Positions 13,271-24,000 of a stretch of 30,264 nucleotides of DNA are shown here, one piece after another; the stretch's first letter is position 1; each line of letters begins with the position of its first letter. Made by a program: the position numbers and the translations under genes. The notes beneath the pieces are model-generated. The model did not search any database and was not told the origin of the DNA. It saw nothing but the letters and a program-made list of their open reading frames with translations. This stretch comes from a virus (Duplodnaviria; Heunggongvirae; Uroviricota; Caudoviricetes). Location: the IMG/VR virus record IMGVR_UViG_2571042445_000006. The stretch is one strand, 5' to 3'.

Positions 13271-13849
13271 ATGGCCATAAAAGGTCTTGAGCAGGCCGTT
13301 GAAAACCTCAGCCGTATCAGCAAAACGGCGGTGCCCGGTGCCGCCGCAATGGCCATTAACCGCGTTGCTTCATCCGCGATATCGCAGTCGGCGTCACAGG
13401 TTGCCCGTGAGACAAAGGTACGCCGGAAACTGGTAAAGGAAAGGGCCAGGCTGAAAAGGGCCACGGTCAAAAACCCGCAGGCCAGAATCAAAGTTAACCG
13501 GGGGGATTTGCCCGTAATCAAGCTGGGTAATGCGCGGGTTGTCCTGTCCCGCCGCAGGCGTCGTAAAAAGGGGCAGCGTTCATCCCTGAAAGGTGGCGGC
13601 AGCGTGCTTGTGGTGGGTAACCGTCGTATTCCCGGCGCGTTTATTCAGCAACTGAAAAATGGGCGGTGGCATGTCATGCAGCGTGTGGCCGGGAAAAACC
13701 GTTACCCCATTGATGTGGTGAAAATCCCGATGGCGGTGCCGCTTACCACGGCGTTTAAACAGAATATTGAACGGATACGGCGTGAACGTCTTCCGAAAGA
13801 GCTGGGCTATGCGCTGCAGCATCAACTGAGAATGGTAATAAAGCGATGA
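13271..13849 (+). CDS. Z: Tail completion protein Z
   Basis: 192-aa product matching lambda gpZ. Confidence 0.95.
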   Translation: MAIKGLEQAVENLSRISKTAVPGAAAMAINRVASSAISQSASQVARETKVRRKLVKERARLKRATVKNPQARIKVNRGDLPVIKLGNARVVLSRRRRRKKGQRSSLKGGGSVLVVGNRRIPGAFIQQLKNGRWHVMQRVAGKNRYPIDVVKIPMAVPLTTAFKQNIERIRRERLPKELGYALQHQLRMVIKR

Positions 13850-14241
13850 AACATACTGAACTCCGTGCAGCCGTACTGGATGCACTGGAGAAGCATGACA
13901 CCGGGGCGACGCTTTTTGATGGTCGCCCCGCTGTTTTTGATGAGGCGGATTTTCCGGCAATTGCCGTTTATCTCACCGGCGCTGAATACACGGGCGAAGA
14001 GCTGGACAGCGATACCTGGCAGGCGGAGCTGCATATTGAAGTTTTCCTGCCTGCTCAGGTGCCGGATTCAGAGCTGGATTCGTGGATGGAGTCCCGGATT
14101 TATCCGGTGATGAGCGATATCCCGGCACTGTCAGATTTGATCACCAGTATGGTGGCCAGTGGCTATGACTACCGGCGCGACGATGATGCGGGCCTGTGGA
14201 GTTCAGCCGATCTGACTTATGTCATTACCTATGAAATGTGA
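13846..14241 (+). CDS. U: Tail terminator protein U
   Basis: 131-aa product matching lambda gpU. Confidence 0.95.
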
Positions 14242-14248
14242 GGACGCT

Positions 14249-14989
14249 ATGCCTGTACCAAATCCAACAATGCCGGTGAAAGGTGCCGGGACCACACTGT
14301 GGGTTTATAAGGGGAGCGGTGACCCTTATGCGAATCCGCTTTCAGACGTTGACTGGTCGCGTCTGGCAAAAGTTAAAGACCTGACGCCCGGCGAACTGAC
14401 CGCTGAGTCCTATGACGACAGCTATCTCGATGATGAAGATGCAGACTGGACTGCGACCGGGCAGGGGCAGAAATCTGCCGGAGATACCAGCTTCACGCTG
14501 GCGTGGATGCCCGGAGAGCAGGGGCAGCAGGCGCTGCTGGCGTGGTTTAATGAAGGCGATACCCGTGCCTATAAAATCCGCTTCCCGAACGGCACGGTCG
14601 ATGTGTTCCGTGGCTGGGTCAGCAGTATCGGTAAGGCGGTGACGGCGAAGGAAGTGATCACCCGCACGGTGAAAGTCACCAATGTGGGACGTCCGTCGAT
14701 GGCAGAAGATCGCAGCACGGTAACAGCGGCAACCGGCATGACCGTGACGCCTGCCAGCACCTCGGTGGTGAAAGGGCAGAGCACCACGCTGACCGTGGCC
14801 TTCCAGCCGGAGGGCGTAACCGACAAGAGCTTTCGTGCGGTGTCTGCGGATAAAACAAAAGCCACCGTGTCGGTCAGTGGTATGACCATCACCGTGAACG
14901 GCGTTGCTGCAGGCAAGGTCAACATTCCGGTTGTATCCGGTAATGGTGAGTTTGCTGCGGTTGCAGAAATTACCGTCACCGCCAGTTAA
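14249..14989 (+). CDS. V: Major tail tube protein V (with C-terminal Ig-like domain)
   Basis: 246-aa product [22 protein letters not shown]... matching lambda gpV. Confidence 0.95.
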
Positions 14990-15004
14990 TCCGGAGAGTC
15001 AGCG

Positions 15005-15427
15005 ATGTTCCTGAAAACCGAATCATTTGAACATAACGGTGTGACCGTCACGCTTTCTGAACTGTCAGCCCTGCAGCGCATTGAGCATCTCGCCCTGATG
15101 AAACGGCAGGCAGAACAGGCGGAGTCAGACAGCAACCGGAAGTTTACTGTGGAAGACGCCATCAGAACCGGCGCGTTTCTGGTGGCGATGTCCCTGTGGC
15201 ATAACCATCCGCAGAAGACGCAGATGCCGTCCATGAATGAAGCCGTTAAACAGATTGAGCAGGAAGTGCTTACCACCTGGCCCACGGAGGCAATTTCTCA
15301 TGCTGAAAACGTGGTGTACCGGCTGTCTGGTATGTATGAGTTTGTGGTGAATAATGCCCCTGAACAGACAGAGGACGCCGGGCCCGCAGAGCCTGTTTCT
15401 GCGGGAAAGTGTTCGACGGTGAGCTGA
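15005..15427 (+). CDS. G: Tail assembly chaperone G
   Basis: 140-aa product matching lambda gpG. Confidence 0.95.
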   Translation: MFLKTESFEHNGVTVTLSELSALQRIEHLALMKRQAEQAESDSNRKFTVEDAIRTGAFLVAMSLWHNHPQKTQMPSMNEAVKQIEQEVLTTWPTEAISHAENVVYRLSGMYEFVVNNAPEQTEDAGPAEPVSAGKCSTVS

Positions 15428-15843
15428 GTTTTGCCCTGAAACTGGCGCGTGAGATGGGGCGACCCGACTGGCGTGCCATGCTTGCCGGGATGTCATCCAC
15501 GGAGTATGCCGACTGGCACCGCTTTTACAGTACCCATTATTTTCATGATGTTCTGCTGGATATGCACTTTTCCGGGCTGACGTACACCGTGCTCAGCCTG
15601 TTTTTCAGCGATCCGGATATGCATCCGCTGGATTTCAGTCTGCTGAACCGGCGTGAGGCTGACGAAGAGCCTGAAGATGATGTGCTGATGCAGAAAGCGG
15701 CAGGGCTTGCCGGAGGTGTCCGCTTTGGCCCGGACGGGAATGAAGTTATCCCCGCTTCCCCGGATGTGGCGGACATGACGGAGGATGACGTAATGCTGAT
15801 GACAGTATCAGAAGGGATCGCAGGAGGAGTCCGGTATGGCTGA
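15005..15843 (+). CDS. T: Tail assembly chaperone G-T fusion, made by programmed -1 ribosomal frameshift at slippery heptamer G GGA AAG (15403-15409)
   Basis: Slippery sequence gggaaag in the correct X XXY YYZ phase relative to the G frame; the -1 frame ORF (15409-15843) encodes the lambda gpT sequence. Confidence 0.9.
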
Positions 15844-18397
15844 ACCGGTAGGCGATCTGGTCGTTGATTTAAGTCTGGATGCGGCCAGATTTGACGAGCA
15901 GATGGCCAGAGTCAGGCGTCATTTTTCCGGTACGGAAAGTGATGCGAAAAAAACAGCGGCAGTCGTTGAACAGTCGCTGAGCCGACAGGCGCTGGCTGCA
16001 CAGAAAGCGGGGATTTCCGTCGGGCAGTATAAAGCCGCCATGCGTATGCTGCCTGCACAGTTCACCGACGTGGCCACGCAGCTTGCAGGCGGGCAAAGTC
16101 CGTGGCTGATCCTGCTGCAACAGGGGGGGCAGGTGAAGGACTCCTTCGGCGGGATGATCCCCATGTTCCGGGGGCTTGCCGGTGCGATCACCCTGCCGAT
16201 GGTCGGGGCCACCTCGCTGGCGGTGGCGACCGGTGCGCTGGCGTATGCCTGGTATCAGGGCAACTCAACCCTGTCCGATTTCAACAAAACGCTGGTCCTT
16301 TCCGGCAATCAGTCGGGTCTGACGGCAGATCGTATGCTGGTCCTGTCCAGAGCCGGGCAGGCGGCAGGGCTGACGTTTAACCAGACCAGCGAGTCACTCA
16401 GCGCACTGGTTAAGGCGGGAGTAAGCGGTGAGGCTCAGATTGCGTCCATCAGCCAGAGTGTGGCGCGTTTCTCCTCTGCATCCGGCGTGGAGGTGGACAA
16501 GGTCGCTGAAGCCTTCGGGAAGCTGACCACAGACCCGACGTCGGGGCTGACGGCGATGGCGCGCCAGTTCCATAACGTGACGGCGGAGCAGATTGCGTAT
16601 GTTGCTCAGTTGCAGCGTTCCGGCGATGAGGCCGGGGCATTGCAGGCAGCGAACGAGGCCGCAACGAAAGGGTTTGATGACCAGACCCGCCGCCTGAAAG
16701 AGAACATGGGCACGCTGGAGACCTGGGCAGACAGGACTGCACGGGCATTCAAATCCATGTGGGATGCGGTGCTGGATATTGGTCGTCCTGATACCGCGCA
16801 GGAGATGCTGATTAAGGCAGAGGCTGCGTTTAAGAAAGCAGACGACATCTGGAATCTGCGCAAGGATGATTATTTTGTTAACGATGAAGCGCGGGCGCGT
16901 TACTGGGATGATCGTGAAAAGGCCCGTCTTGCGCTTGAAGCCGCCCGAAAGAAGGCTGAGCAGCAGACTCAACAGGACAAAAATGCGCAGCAGCAGAGCG
17001 ATACCGAAGCGTCACGGCTGAAATATACCGAAGAGGCGCAGAAGGCTTACGAACGGCTGCAGACGCCGCTGGAGAAATATACCGCCCGTCAGGAAGAACT
17101 GAACAAGGCACTGAAAGACGGGAAAATCCTGCAGGCGGATTACAACACGCTGATGGCGGCGGCGAAAAAGGATTATGAAGCGACGCTGAAAAAGCCGAAA
17201 CAGTCCGGCGTGAAGGTGTCTGCGGGCGATCGTCAGGAAGACAGTGCTCATGCTGCCCTGCTGACGCTTCAGGCAGAACTCCGGACGCTGGAGAAGCATG
17301 CCGGAGCGAATGAGAAAATCAGCCAGCAGCGCCGGGATTTGTGGAAGGCGGAGAGTCAGTTCGCGGTACTGGAGGAGGCGGCGCAACGTCGCCAGCTGTC
17401 TGCACAGGAGAAATCCCTGCTGGCGCATAAAGATGAGACGCTGGAGTACAAACGCCAGCTGGCTGCACTTGGCGACAAGGTTACGTATCAGGAGCGCCTG
17501 AACGCGCTGGCGCAGCAGGCGGATAAATTCGCACAGCAGCAACGGGCAAAACGGGCCGCCATTGATGCGAAAAGCCGGGGGCTGACTGACCGGCAGGCAG
17601 AACGGGAAGCCACGGAACAGCGCCTGAAGGAACAGTATGGCGATAATCCGCTGGCGCTGAATAACGTCATGTCAGAGCAGAAAAAGACCTGGGCGGCTGA
17701 AGACCTGCTTCGCGGGAACTGGATGGCAGGCCTCAGGTCCGGCTGGAGTGAGTGGGAAGAGAGTGCCACGGACAGTATGTCGCAGGTAAAAAGTGCTGCC
17801 ACGCAGACCTTTGATGGTATTGCACAGAATATGGCGGCGATGCTGACCGGCAGTGAGCAGAACTGGCGCAGCTTCACCCGCTCCGTGCTGTCCATGATGA
17901 CAGAAATTCTGCTTAAGCAGGCAATGGTGGGGATTGTCGGGAGTATCGGCAGCGCTATTGGCGGGGCTGTTGGTGGTGGCGCATCCGCGTCAGGCGGTAC
18001 AGCCATTCAGGCAGCTGCGGCGAAATTCCATTTTGCGACCGGAGGATTTACGGGAACCGGCGGCAAATATGAGCCAGCGGGGATTGTCCACCGCGGGGAG
18101 TTTGTCTTCACGAAGGAGGCAACCAGCCGGATTGGTGTCGGGAACCTGTACCGCCTGATGCGGGGCTATGCGGAAGGGGGGTATGTGGGTGCTGCCGGAA
18201 GTCCGGCGCAGATGCGGCGGGCCGAAGGCATTAATTTTAATCAGAACAATCACGTGGTGATTCAGAACGACGGTATCAACGGACAGGCCGGGCCGCAGCT
18301 GATGAAAGCGGTGTATGAGATGGCCCGTAAAGGTGCGCAGGATGAGCTCCGGCTGCAGTTGCGTGATGGCGGTCTGTTATCGGGGAGCGGGCGATGA
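15836..18397 (+). CDS. H: Tail tape measure protein H
   Basis: 853-aa product matching lambda gpH in length and sequence. Confidence 0.97.
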   Translation: MAEPVGDLVVDLSLDAARFDEQMARVRRHFSGTESDAKKTAAVVEQSLSRQALAAQKAGISVGQYKAAMRMLPAQFTDVATQLAGGQSPWLILLQQGGQVKDSFGGMIPMFRGLAGAITLPMVGATSLAVATGALAYAWYQGNSTLSDFNKTLVLSGNQSGLTADRMLVLSRAGQAAGLTFNQTSESLSALVKAGVSGEAQIASISQSVARFSSASGVEVDKVAEAFGKLTTDPTSGLTAMARQFHNVTAEQIAYVAQLQRSGDEAGALQAANEAATKGFDDQTRRLKENMGTLETWADRTARAFKSMWDAVLDIGRPDTAQEMLIKAEAAFKKADDIWNLRKDDYFVNDEARARYWDDREKARLALEAARKKAEQQTQQDKNAQQQSDTEASRLKYTEEAQKAYERLQTPLEKYTARQEELNKALKDGKILQADYNTLMAAAKKDYEATLKKPKQSGVKVSAGDRQEDSAHAALLTLQAELRTLEKHAGANEKISQQRRDLWKAESQFAVLEEAAQRRQLSAQEKSLLAHKDETLEYKRQLAALGDKVTYQERLNALAQQADKFAQQQRAKRAAIDAKSRGLTDRQAEREATEQRLKEQYGDNPLALNNVMSEQKKTWAAEDLLRGNWMAGLRSGWSEWEESATDSMSQVKSAATQTFDGIAQNMAAMLTGSEQNWRSFTRSVLSMMTEILLKQAMVGIVGSIGSAIGGAVGGGASASGGTAIQAAAAKFHFATGGFTGTGGKYEPAGIVHRGEFVFTKEATSRIGVGNLYRLMRGYAEGGYVGAAGSPAQMRRAEGINFNQNNHVVIQNDGINGQAGPQLMKAVYEMARKGAQDELRLQLRDGGLLSGSGR

Positions 18398-18723
18398 AAA
18401 CATTTCGCTGGAAAGTGAAGCCGGATATGGAGGTGAACTCGCAGCCATCGGTGCGTGAAGTGCGTTTTGGTGACGGGTACTCACAGCGTATGGCGGCAGG
18501 GCTGAATGCTGACCTGAAAACATACAGGGTGACGCTTTCCGTGACCCGGGAGGAGGCCCGGCATCTGGAAGCGTTCCTGGCAGAGCACGGTGGCTGGAAG
18601 GCATTTTTGTGGAAGCCACCCTATGCATACCGGCAGATAAAGGTGACCTGTGCCGGGTGGTCTGCGCGGGTCGGGATGTTGCGCGTTGAGTTCAGCGCGG
18701 AGTTTAAGCAGGTGGTGAACTGA
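18394..18723 (+). CDS. M: Tail tip protein M
   Basis: 109-aa product matching lambda gpM. Confidence 0.95.
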   Translation: MKTFRWKVKPDMEVNSQPSVREVRFGDGYSQRMAAGLNADLKTYRVTLSVTREEARHLEAFLAEHGGWKAFLWKPPYAYRQIKVTCAGWSARVGMLRVEFSAEFKQVVN

Positions 18724-19421
18724 TGCAGGATATTCGCGAAGAAAGTCTGAACGAGTCGGTTAAGTCAGAGCAGTCACCGCGGGTGGTACTCTGGGAAATC
18801 GACCTGACGGTACAGGGCGGTGAGCGGTATTTTTTCTGTAATGAGCTGAATGAAAAAGGGGAGCCGGTCACCTGGCAGGGGCGGCAATATCAGGCATACC
18901 CGATTGACGGCAGCGGTTTTGAGATGAGCGGGAAGGGCAGCAGTGCCAGACCGTCGCTGACGGTGTCCAATCTGTTCGGTCTGGTCACCGGGATGGCGGA
19001 AGACCTGCAGAGTCTGGTGGGGGCCACGGTGGTCCGCCGCCGGGTGTATGCCCGTTTTCTGGATGCGGTGAATTTCGTTGCGGGCAATCCGGCGGCGGAC
19101 CCGGAGCAGGAGCTGAGTGACCGCTGGGTGGTGGAGCAGATGTCGCAGCTGACAGCCATGACGGCCTCGTTTGTGCTGGCCACACCGACCGAGACGGACG
19201 GGGCGCTGTTTCCCGGTCGTATCATGCTGGCGAACACCTGTATGTGGACCTACCGCTCTGATGAGTGTGGTTACACGGGCGGGGCTGTGGCGGATGAGTT
19301 CGATAAACCCACCACGGATATCCGTAAGGACAGATGCAGCAAGTGCATGCGCGGGTGTGAACTGCGCAGGAATGTCGGCAATTTTGGCGGTTTCCTTTCC
19401 ATTAATAAACTTTCGCAGTAA
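18723..19421 (+). CDS. L: Tail tip protein L
   Basis: 232-aa product matching lambda gpL. Confidence 0.95.
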   Translation: MQDIREESLNESVKSEQSPRVVLWEIDLTVQGGERYFFCNELNEKGEPVTWQGRQYQAYPIDGSGFEMSGKGSSARPSLTVSNLFGLVTGMAEDLQSLVGATVVRRRVYARFLDAVNFVAGNPAADPEQELSDRWVVEQMSQLTAMTASFVLATPTETDGALFPGRIMLANTCMWTYRSDECGYTGGAVADEFDKPTTDIRKDRCSKCMRGCELRRNVGNFGGFLSINKLSQ

Positions 19422-19431
19422 ATCCCGGTTT

Positions 19432-20175
19432 ATGACACAGACTGAATCAGCGATTCTGGCACATGCCCGGCGGTGTGCGCCTGCGGAGTCGTGCGGCTTC
19501 GTGATAAGCACGCCGGAGGGGGAGTGGTATATCCCTTGTGTGAATATTTCCGCGGAGCCGGAGGCGTATTTTCGTATCGCACCGGAAGACTGGCTGCGGG
19601 CAGAGATGCAGGGGGAGATTGTGGCACTGGTCCACAGTCATCCCGGTGGGCTGCCCTGGCTGAGCGAGGCTGACCGGCGGCTGCAGATAAAAAGCGCACT
19701 GCCCTGGTGGCTGGTCTGCCGGGGTGACATTCACAAATTCCGCTGTGTGCCACATCTGACGGGACGGCGCTTTGAGCACGGGGTGACGGACTGTTACACG
19801 CTGTTCCGGGATGCTTATCATCTGGCGGGGACTGAAATGCCGGATTTTCATCGCGAGGATGACTGGTGGCGCAACGGCCAGAACCTTTACCTGGACAATA
19901 TGGCGGTCACCGGCTTTTACCGGGTGCCCCTGTCCTCTGCACAGGCGGGCGATATTCTGCTGTGCTGCTTTGGTGCTTCGGTACCGAACCATGCCGCCAT
20001 TTACTGCGGTAACGGTGAGCTGCTTCACCATCTGCCTGAACAACTGAGTAAACGGGAGAGGTATTCCGAAAAATGGCAACGACGAACGCATTCTGTCTGG
20101 CGTCACCGCCACTGGCACGCATCTGCCTTCACGGGGATTTACAACGATTTGGCCGCCGCCTCAGCCTGTATGTGA
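19432..20175 (+). CDS. K: Tail tip assembly protein K (JAMM/MPN metalloprotease-like plus NlpC/P60-like domains)
   Basis: ORF from ATG 19432 (MTQTESAILAHARR...); JAMM-type motif HSHPGG...SEAD present. My recollection of the lambda reference annotation is that it starts at an internal Met (here 19576) to give 199 aa; the longer ORF starts 11 nt after L. Confidence 0.85.
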   Translation: MTQTESAILAHARRCAPAESCGFVISTPEGEWYIPCVNISAEPEAYFRIAPEDWLRAEMQGEIVALVHSHPGGLPWLSEADRRLQIKSALPWWLVCRGDIHKFRCVPHLTGRRFEHGVTDCYTLFRDAYHLAGTEMPDFHREDDWWRNGQNLYLDNMAVTGFYRVPLSSAQAGDILLCCFGASVPNHAAIYCGNGELLHHLPEQLSKRERYSEKWQRRTHSVWRHRHWHASAFTGIYNDLAAASACM

Positions 20176-20753
20176 ACACGGCAGCGGAAGCCATTCGCGC
20201 CCTGTCGATGCAGATGCCGGGCTTTCGCCGTCAGATGAACGAAGGCTGGTACCAGATACGTATTGCCGGTGATGACACGGCACCGGAGGCGGTGTACGCC
20301 CGTCTTCACGAACAGCTGGGTGAGGGAACGGTCATCCACATTGTGCCGCGACTGGCCGGGGCCGGAAAGGGTGGACTGCAGATTGTGCTGGGGGCGGCAG
20401 CCATCGTGGGCTCTTTCTTCACGGCCGGAGGCTCGATGGCGTTATGGGGTACAGCCCTGAGTGCCGGTGGTTTTTCTGCCACCACGATGCTGTTTTCACT
20501 GGGTGCCAGCATGATACTGGGCGGAGTGGCCCAGATGCTGGCCCCGAAGGCAAAAACACCGGATTACCGCGCAACGGATAACGGCAGACAGAACACGTAC
20601 TTTTCCTCGCTGGATAACATGATTGCCCAGGGGAACCCGATGCCGGTGCCTTACGGGGAAATGCTGGTTGGCTCCCGCCGTATATCCCAGGACATCAGCA
20701 CCCGTGATGAAGGCGGGGGCGGAAAGGTCGTGGTTATCGGGCGGCAGGGGTAA
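20073..20753 (+). CDS. I: Tail tip assembly protein I
   Basis: 226-aa product resembling lambda gpI (ubiquitin-like N-terminus, Gly/Ala-rich C-terminus); overlaps K by 103 nt as in lambda. Confidence 0.93.
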   Translation: MATTNAFCLASPPLARICLHGDLQRFGRRLSLYVNTAAEAIRALSMQMPGFRRQMNEGWYQIRIAGDDTAPEAVYARLHEQLGEGTVIHIVPRLAGAGKGGLQIVLGAAAIVGSFFTAGGSMALWGTALSAGGFSATTMLFSLGASMILGGVAQMLAPKAKTPDYRATDNGRQNTYFSSLDNMIAQGNPMPVPYGEMLVGSRRISQDISTRDEGGGGKVVVIGRQG

Positions 20754-20760
20754 AAAGAAT

Positions 20761-20799
20761 AAAAAAATCCCGCAGTGATCGCGGACAGGAACTGCGGGA
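20761..20799 (-). terminator. Rho-independent terminator on the minus strand (8-bp stem tcccgcag/ctgcggga, followed on the minus strand by a U7 tract)
   Basis: Read directly: aaaaaaa-tcccgcag-tgatcgcggacaggaa-ctgcggga on the plus strand; the loop is long (16 nt), so folding stability should be checked. Confidence 0.5.
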
Positions 20800-20963
20800 G
20801 AGTTACGAAGATTAAGTGTAAGGAATTATTCTTATATCACGACAAAAAAATTAACGCAGAGAAATTATACGCGCCACAGTCAGTGTGTGAAAATGTGAAG
20901 ATATTCAGAATTTTTATGCCATTACCGGTTTTAACCAACAGGATTATCGGTGGGCATGAAAGA

Positions 20964-20993
20964 AAACCCCGGTATCTGCTGATACCGGGGTTT
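20964..20993. terminator. Strong GC-rich hairpin (13-bp stem aaaccccggtatc/gataccggggttt, 4-nt loop), possible bidirectional terminator
   Basis: Read directly; flanked by U-rich sequence on both strands (tctcttt on plus; ucuuuc on minus). Confidence 0.6.
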
Positions 20994-21096
20994 CTCTTTA
21001 GCATGGCAGAAATGTGTTTCATGCTTTTCGGGCGAAGGATATCCGACTTCTGTACGGAATGGCAAGTGGCGGTTAATTTATTCAGGGGAAGGCTGT

Positions 21097-24000
21097 ATGG
21101 GAAAAGGTGGCGGTAAGGCACACACGCCTCGTGAGGCGAAGGATAATCTCAAATCCACGCAGATGATGAGTGTGATTGATGCGATTGGTGAGGGACCGAT
21201 AGAAGGTCCGGTGAAGGGACTGCAGAGTATTCTGGTGAACAAAACCCCGCTGACGGACACGGACGGTAATCCCGTGATACACGGTGTGACCGCGGTCTGG
21301 CGTGCCGGGGAGCAGGAGCAGACACCACCGGAAGGCTTTGAGTCCTCCGGAGCTGAAACCGGACTGGGCGTGGAAGTGACGAAGGCAAAACCGGTGACGC
21401 GCACCATTACGTCCGCGAACATTGACCGCCTGCGGGTTACCTTCGGGGTGCAGTCACTGGTGGAGACCACCTCAAAGGGTGACCGTAACCCGGCAACCGT
21501 CCGCCTGCTGATTCAGTTACAGCGTAACGGTAACTGGGTGACAGAAAAGGACGTCACCATTAACGGCAAGACCACCTCACAGTTCCTGGCCTCGGTGATT
21601 CTGGATAATCTGCCTCCCCGGCCCTTTAACATCCGGATGGTCAGGGAGACGGCGGACAGCACCACGGACCAGCTGCAGAATAAGACGCTGTGGTCGTCAT
21701 ACACCGAAATCATCGATGTGAAACAGTGCTACCCGAACACGGCCATTGTGGGGCTGCAGGTGGATGCGGAGCAGTTCGGCGGCCAGCAGATGACGGTGAA
21801 CTACCATATCCGCGGTCGTATCATCCAGGTGCCGTCAAACTATGACCCGGAAAAACGCACGTACAGTGGTATCTGGGACGGCAGTCTGAAACCGGCATAC
21901 AGCAACAACCCGGCCTGGTGCCTGTGGGACATGCTGACTCACCCGCGCTACGGCATGGGAAAACGTCTGGGGGCGGCGGATGTGGACAAGTGGGCGCTGT
22001 ATGCCATCGGGCAGTACTGCGATCAGACGGTCCCGGATGGTTTCGGGGGGACCGAGCCGCGGATGACCTTTAATGCGTACCTGGCACAACAGCGTAAGGC
22101 GTGGGACGTTCTCAGTGATTTCTGCTCTGCGATGCGCTGTATGCCGGTATGGAACGGTCAGACGCTGACGTTCGTTCAGGACCGCCCGTCGGATGTGGTG
22201 TGGCCGTACACCAACAGCGATGTGGTGGTGGATGATAACGGCGTGGGATTCCGCTACAGCTTCAGTGCCCTGAAGGACCGGCACACGGCGGTGGAGGTGA
22301 ATTACACCGACCCGCAGAACGGCTGGCAGACCTCCACGGAACTGGTGGAAGACCCGGAAGCCATACTGCGCTACGGACGCAACCTGCTGAAGATGGACGC
22401 GTTCGGCTGTACCAGCCGCGGTCAGGCCCACCGTGCCGGACTGTGGGTGATAAAGACCGAACTGCTGGAAACGCAGACGGTGGATTTCACGCTCGGGTCT
22501 CAGGGGCTGCGGCACACACCCGGTGACATCATTGAAATCTGTGATAACGACTATGCCGGGACCCTGACCGGCGGACGTGTCCTGTCCATTGATGCTGCCA
22601 CCCGCACCCTGACGCTGGACCGTGAAGTGACACTTCCGGAGACCGGTGCCGCCACGGTGAACCTGATTAACGGCAGCGGTAAGCCAGTGAGTGTGGACAT
22701 CACCGAACACCCCGCGCCGGACCGGATACAGGTCAGTACCCTGCCTGATGGTGTGGAGACATACGGGGTGTGGGGACTCTCCCTGCCGTCACTGCGCCGT
22801 CGCCTGTTCCGCTGTGTCTCCGTCCGGGAAAACACGGACGGCACCTTTGCCATCACGGCGGTGCAGCACGTACCGGAAAAAGAAGCCATCGTGGATAACG
22901 GTGCCCGCTTTGAGCCGCAGTCAGGTTCCCTGAACAGCGTCATCCCACCGGCAGTGCAGCACCTGACGGTGGAGGTGAGCGCAGCTGACGGCCAGTATCT
23001 GGCGCAGGCGAAATGGGACACGCCGCGGGTGGTGAAGGGTGTGCGCTTCAGTCTGCGCCTGACCAGTGGTAAGGGAACGGATGCCAGACTGGTGACCACC
23101 GCCATCACCGCAGACACGGAGCACCGTTTCAGCGGCCTGCCACTGGGGGAATACACCCTGACGGTGCGGGCCATTAACAGCTACGGCCAGCAGGGCGAAC
23201 CTGCGACCACCACCTTCCGGATTAACGCGCCTGCAAAACCCGCCACCATTGAGCTGACGCCGGGGTATTTTCAGATAACGGCGGTCCCGCGTCTTGCGGT
23301 GTATGACCCGACGGTACAGTTTGAATTCTGGTTCTCAGAAAAACGCATCACGAACACGGCACAGGTGGAAAAATCTGCCCGTTATCTGGGGACCGGCAGT
23401 CAGTGGACTGTCCAGGGGAGCCGGATTAAGCCGGGGACGGATTTCTGGTTTTACGTGCGAAGCGTCAACCTGGTGGGAAAATCTGCTTTTGTGGAAGCCA
23501 GCGGGCAGCCCAGCAATGATGGTGAAGGGTATCTGGAAATTTTCCGGGGGCTGATAGATGAGACGCTTCTGGGCCAGGCACTGAAAGAGCGCATTGATGC
23601 TTCAGCGCTGCGTACGGAGGTCACGCAACTGGAAGAAGACATCCGTCAGCGGATGGACACGGATATCGCAGAAGTGACCCGGAAAATCGGGAAGGCGGAA
23701 AACAGCCTCACGCAGCTGGTTGCGAAAAAGAATGAGGACCAGACACTGGCCATCGCGCAGGTGAGCCAGAAAGTGGACCGGGTGAGCAGTGAAATCTCAC
23801 AGACTGTCAGCCAGGGGCAGTCAGAAAACGCCCGACAGATAGCACAGGTCCGCCAGTACGTGGATAAAAAAGGGAGTGAAATTACCTCGACCACGGATAA
23901 AAAGCTGGGTGACCAGGCCGTGACCATACAGCAAATCCAGCGGGTTCAGTCAGACACGCGCAATGAGCTGAATGCCATGTATATGCTGAAGGTGCAGAAA

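Noticed and set aside
15869-18253. Multiple minus-strand ORFs (83 to 192 aa) inside the tape measure gene H
   Set aside because: Antisense to a full-length lambda-like H; typical GC-rich antisense artefacts.
19171-19431. Upstream extension of the K ORF (334-aa track ORF starting 19171)
   Set aside because: It overlaps the 3-prime end of L in another frame; the K start at 19432 immediately after L is far more plausible.
20775-21121. 113-aa plus-strand ORF and 94-aa minus-strand ORF in the I-J intergenic insert
   Set aside because: Both run straight through one or both strong hairpins and the minus-strand one overlaps the J start; low-complexity translations; more likely non-coding.
21835-23174. 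291-aa and 207-aa minus-strand ORFs inside J
   Set aside because: Antisense to J; Arg/Pro/Val-rich translations typical of antisense frames.
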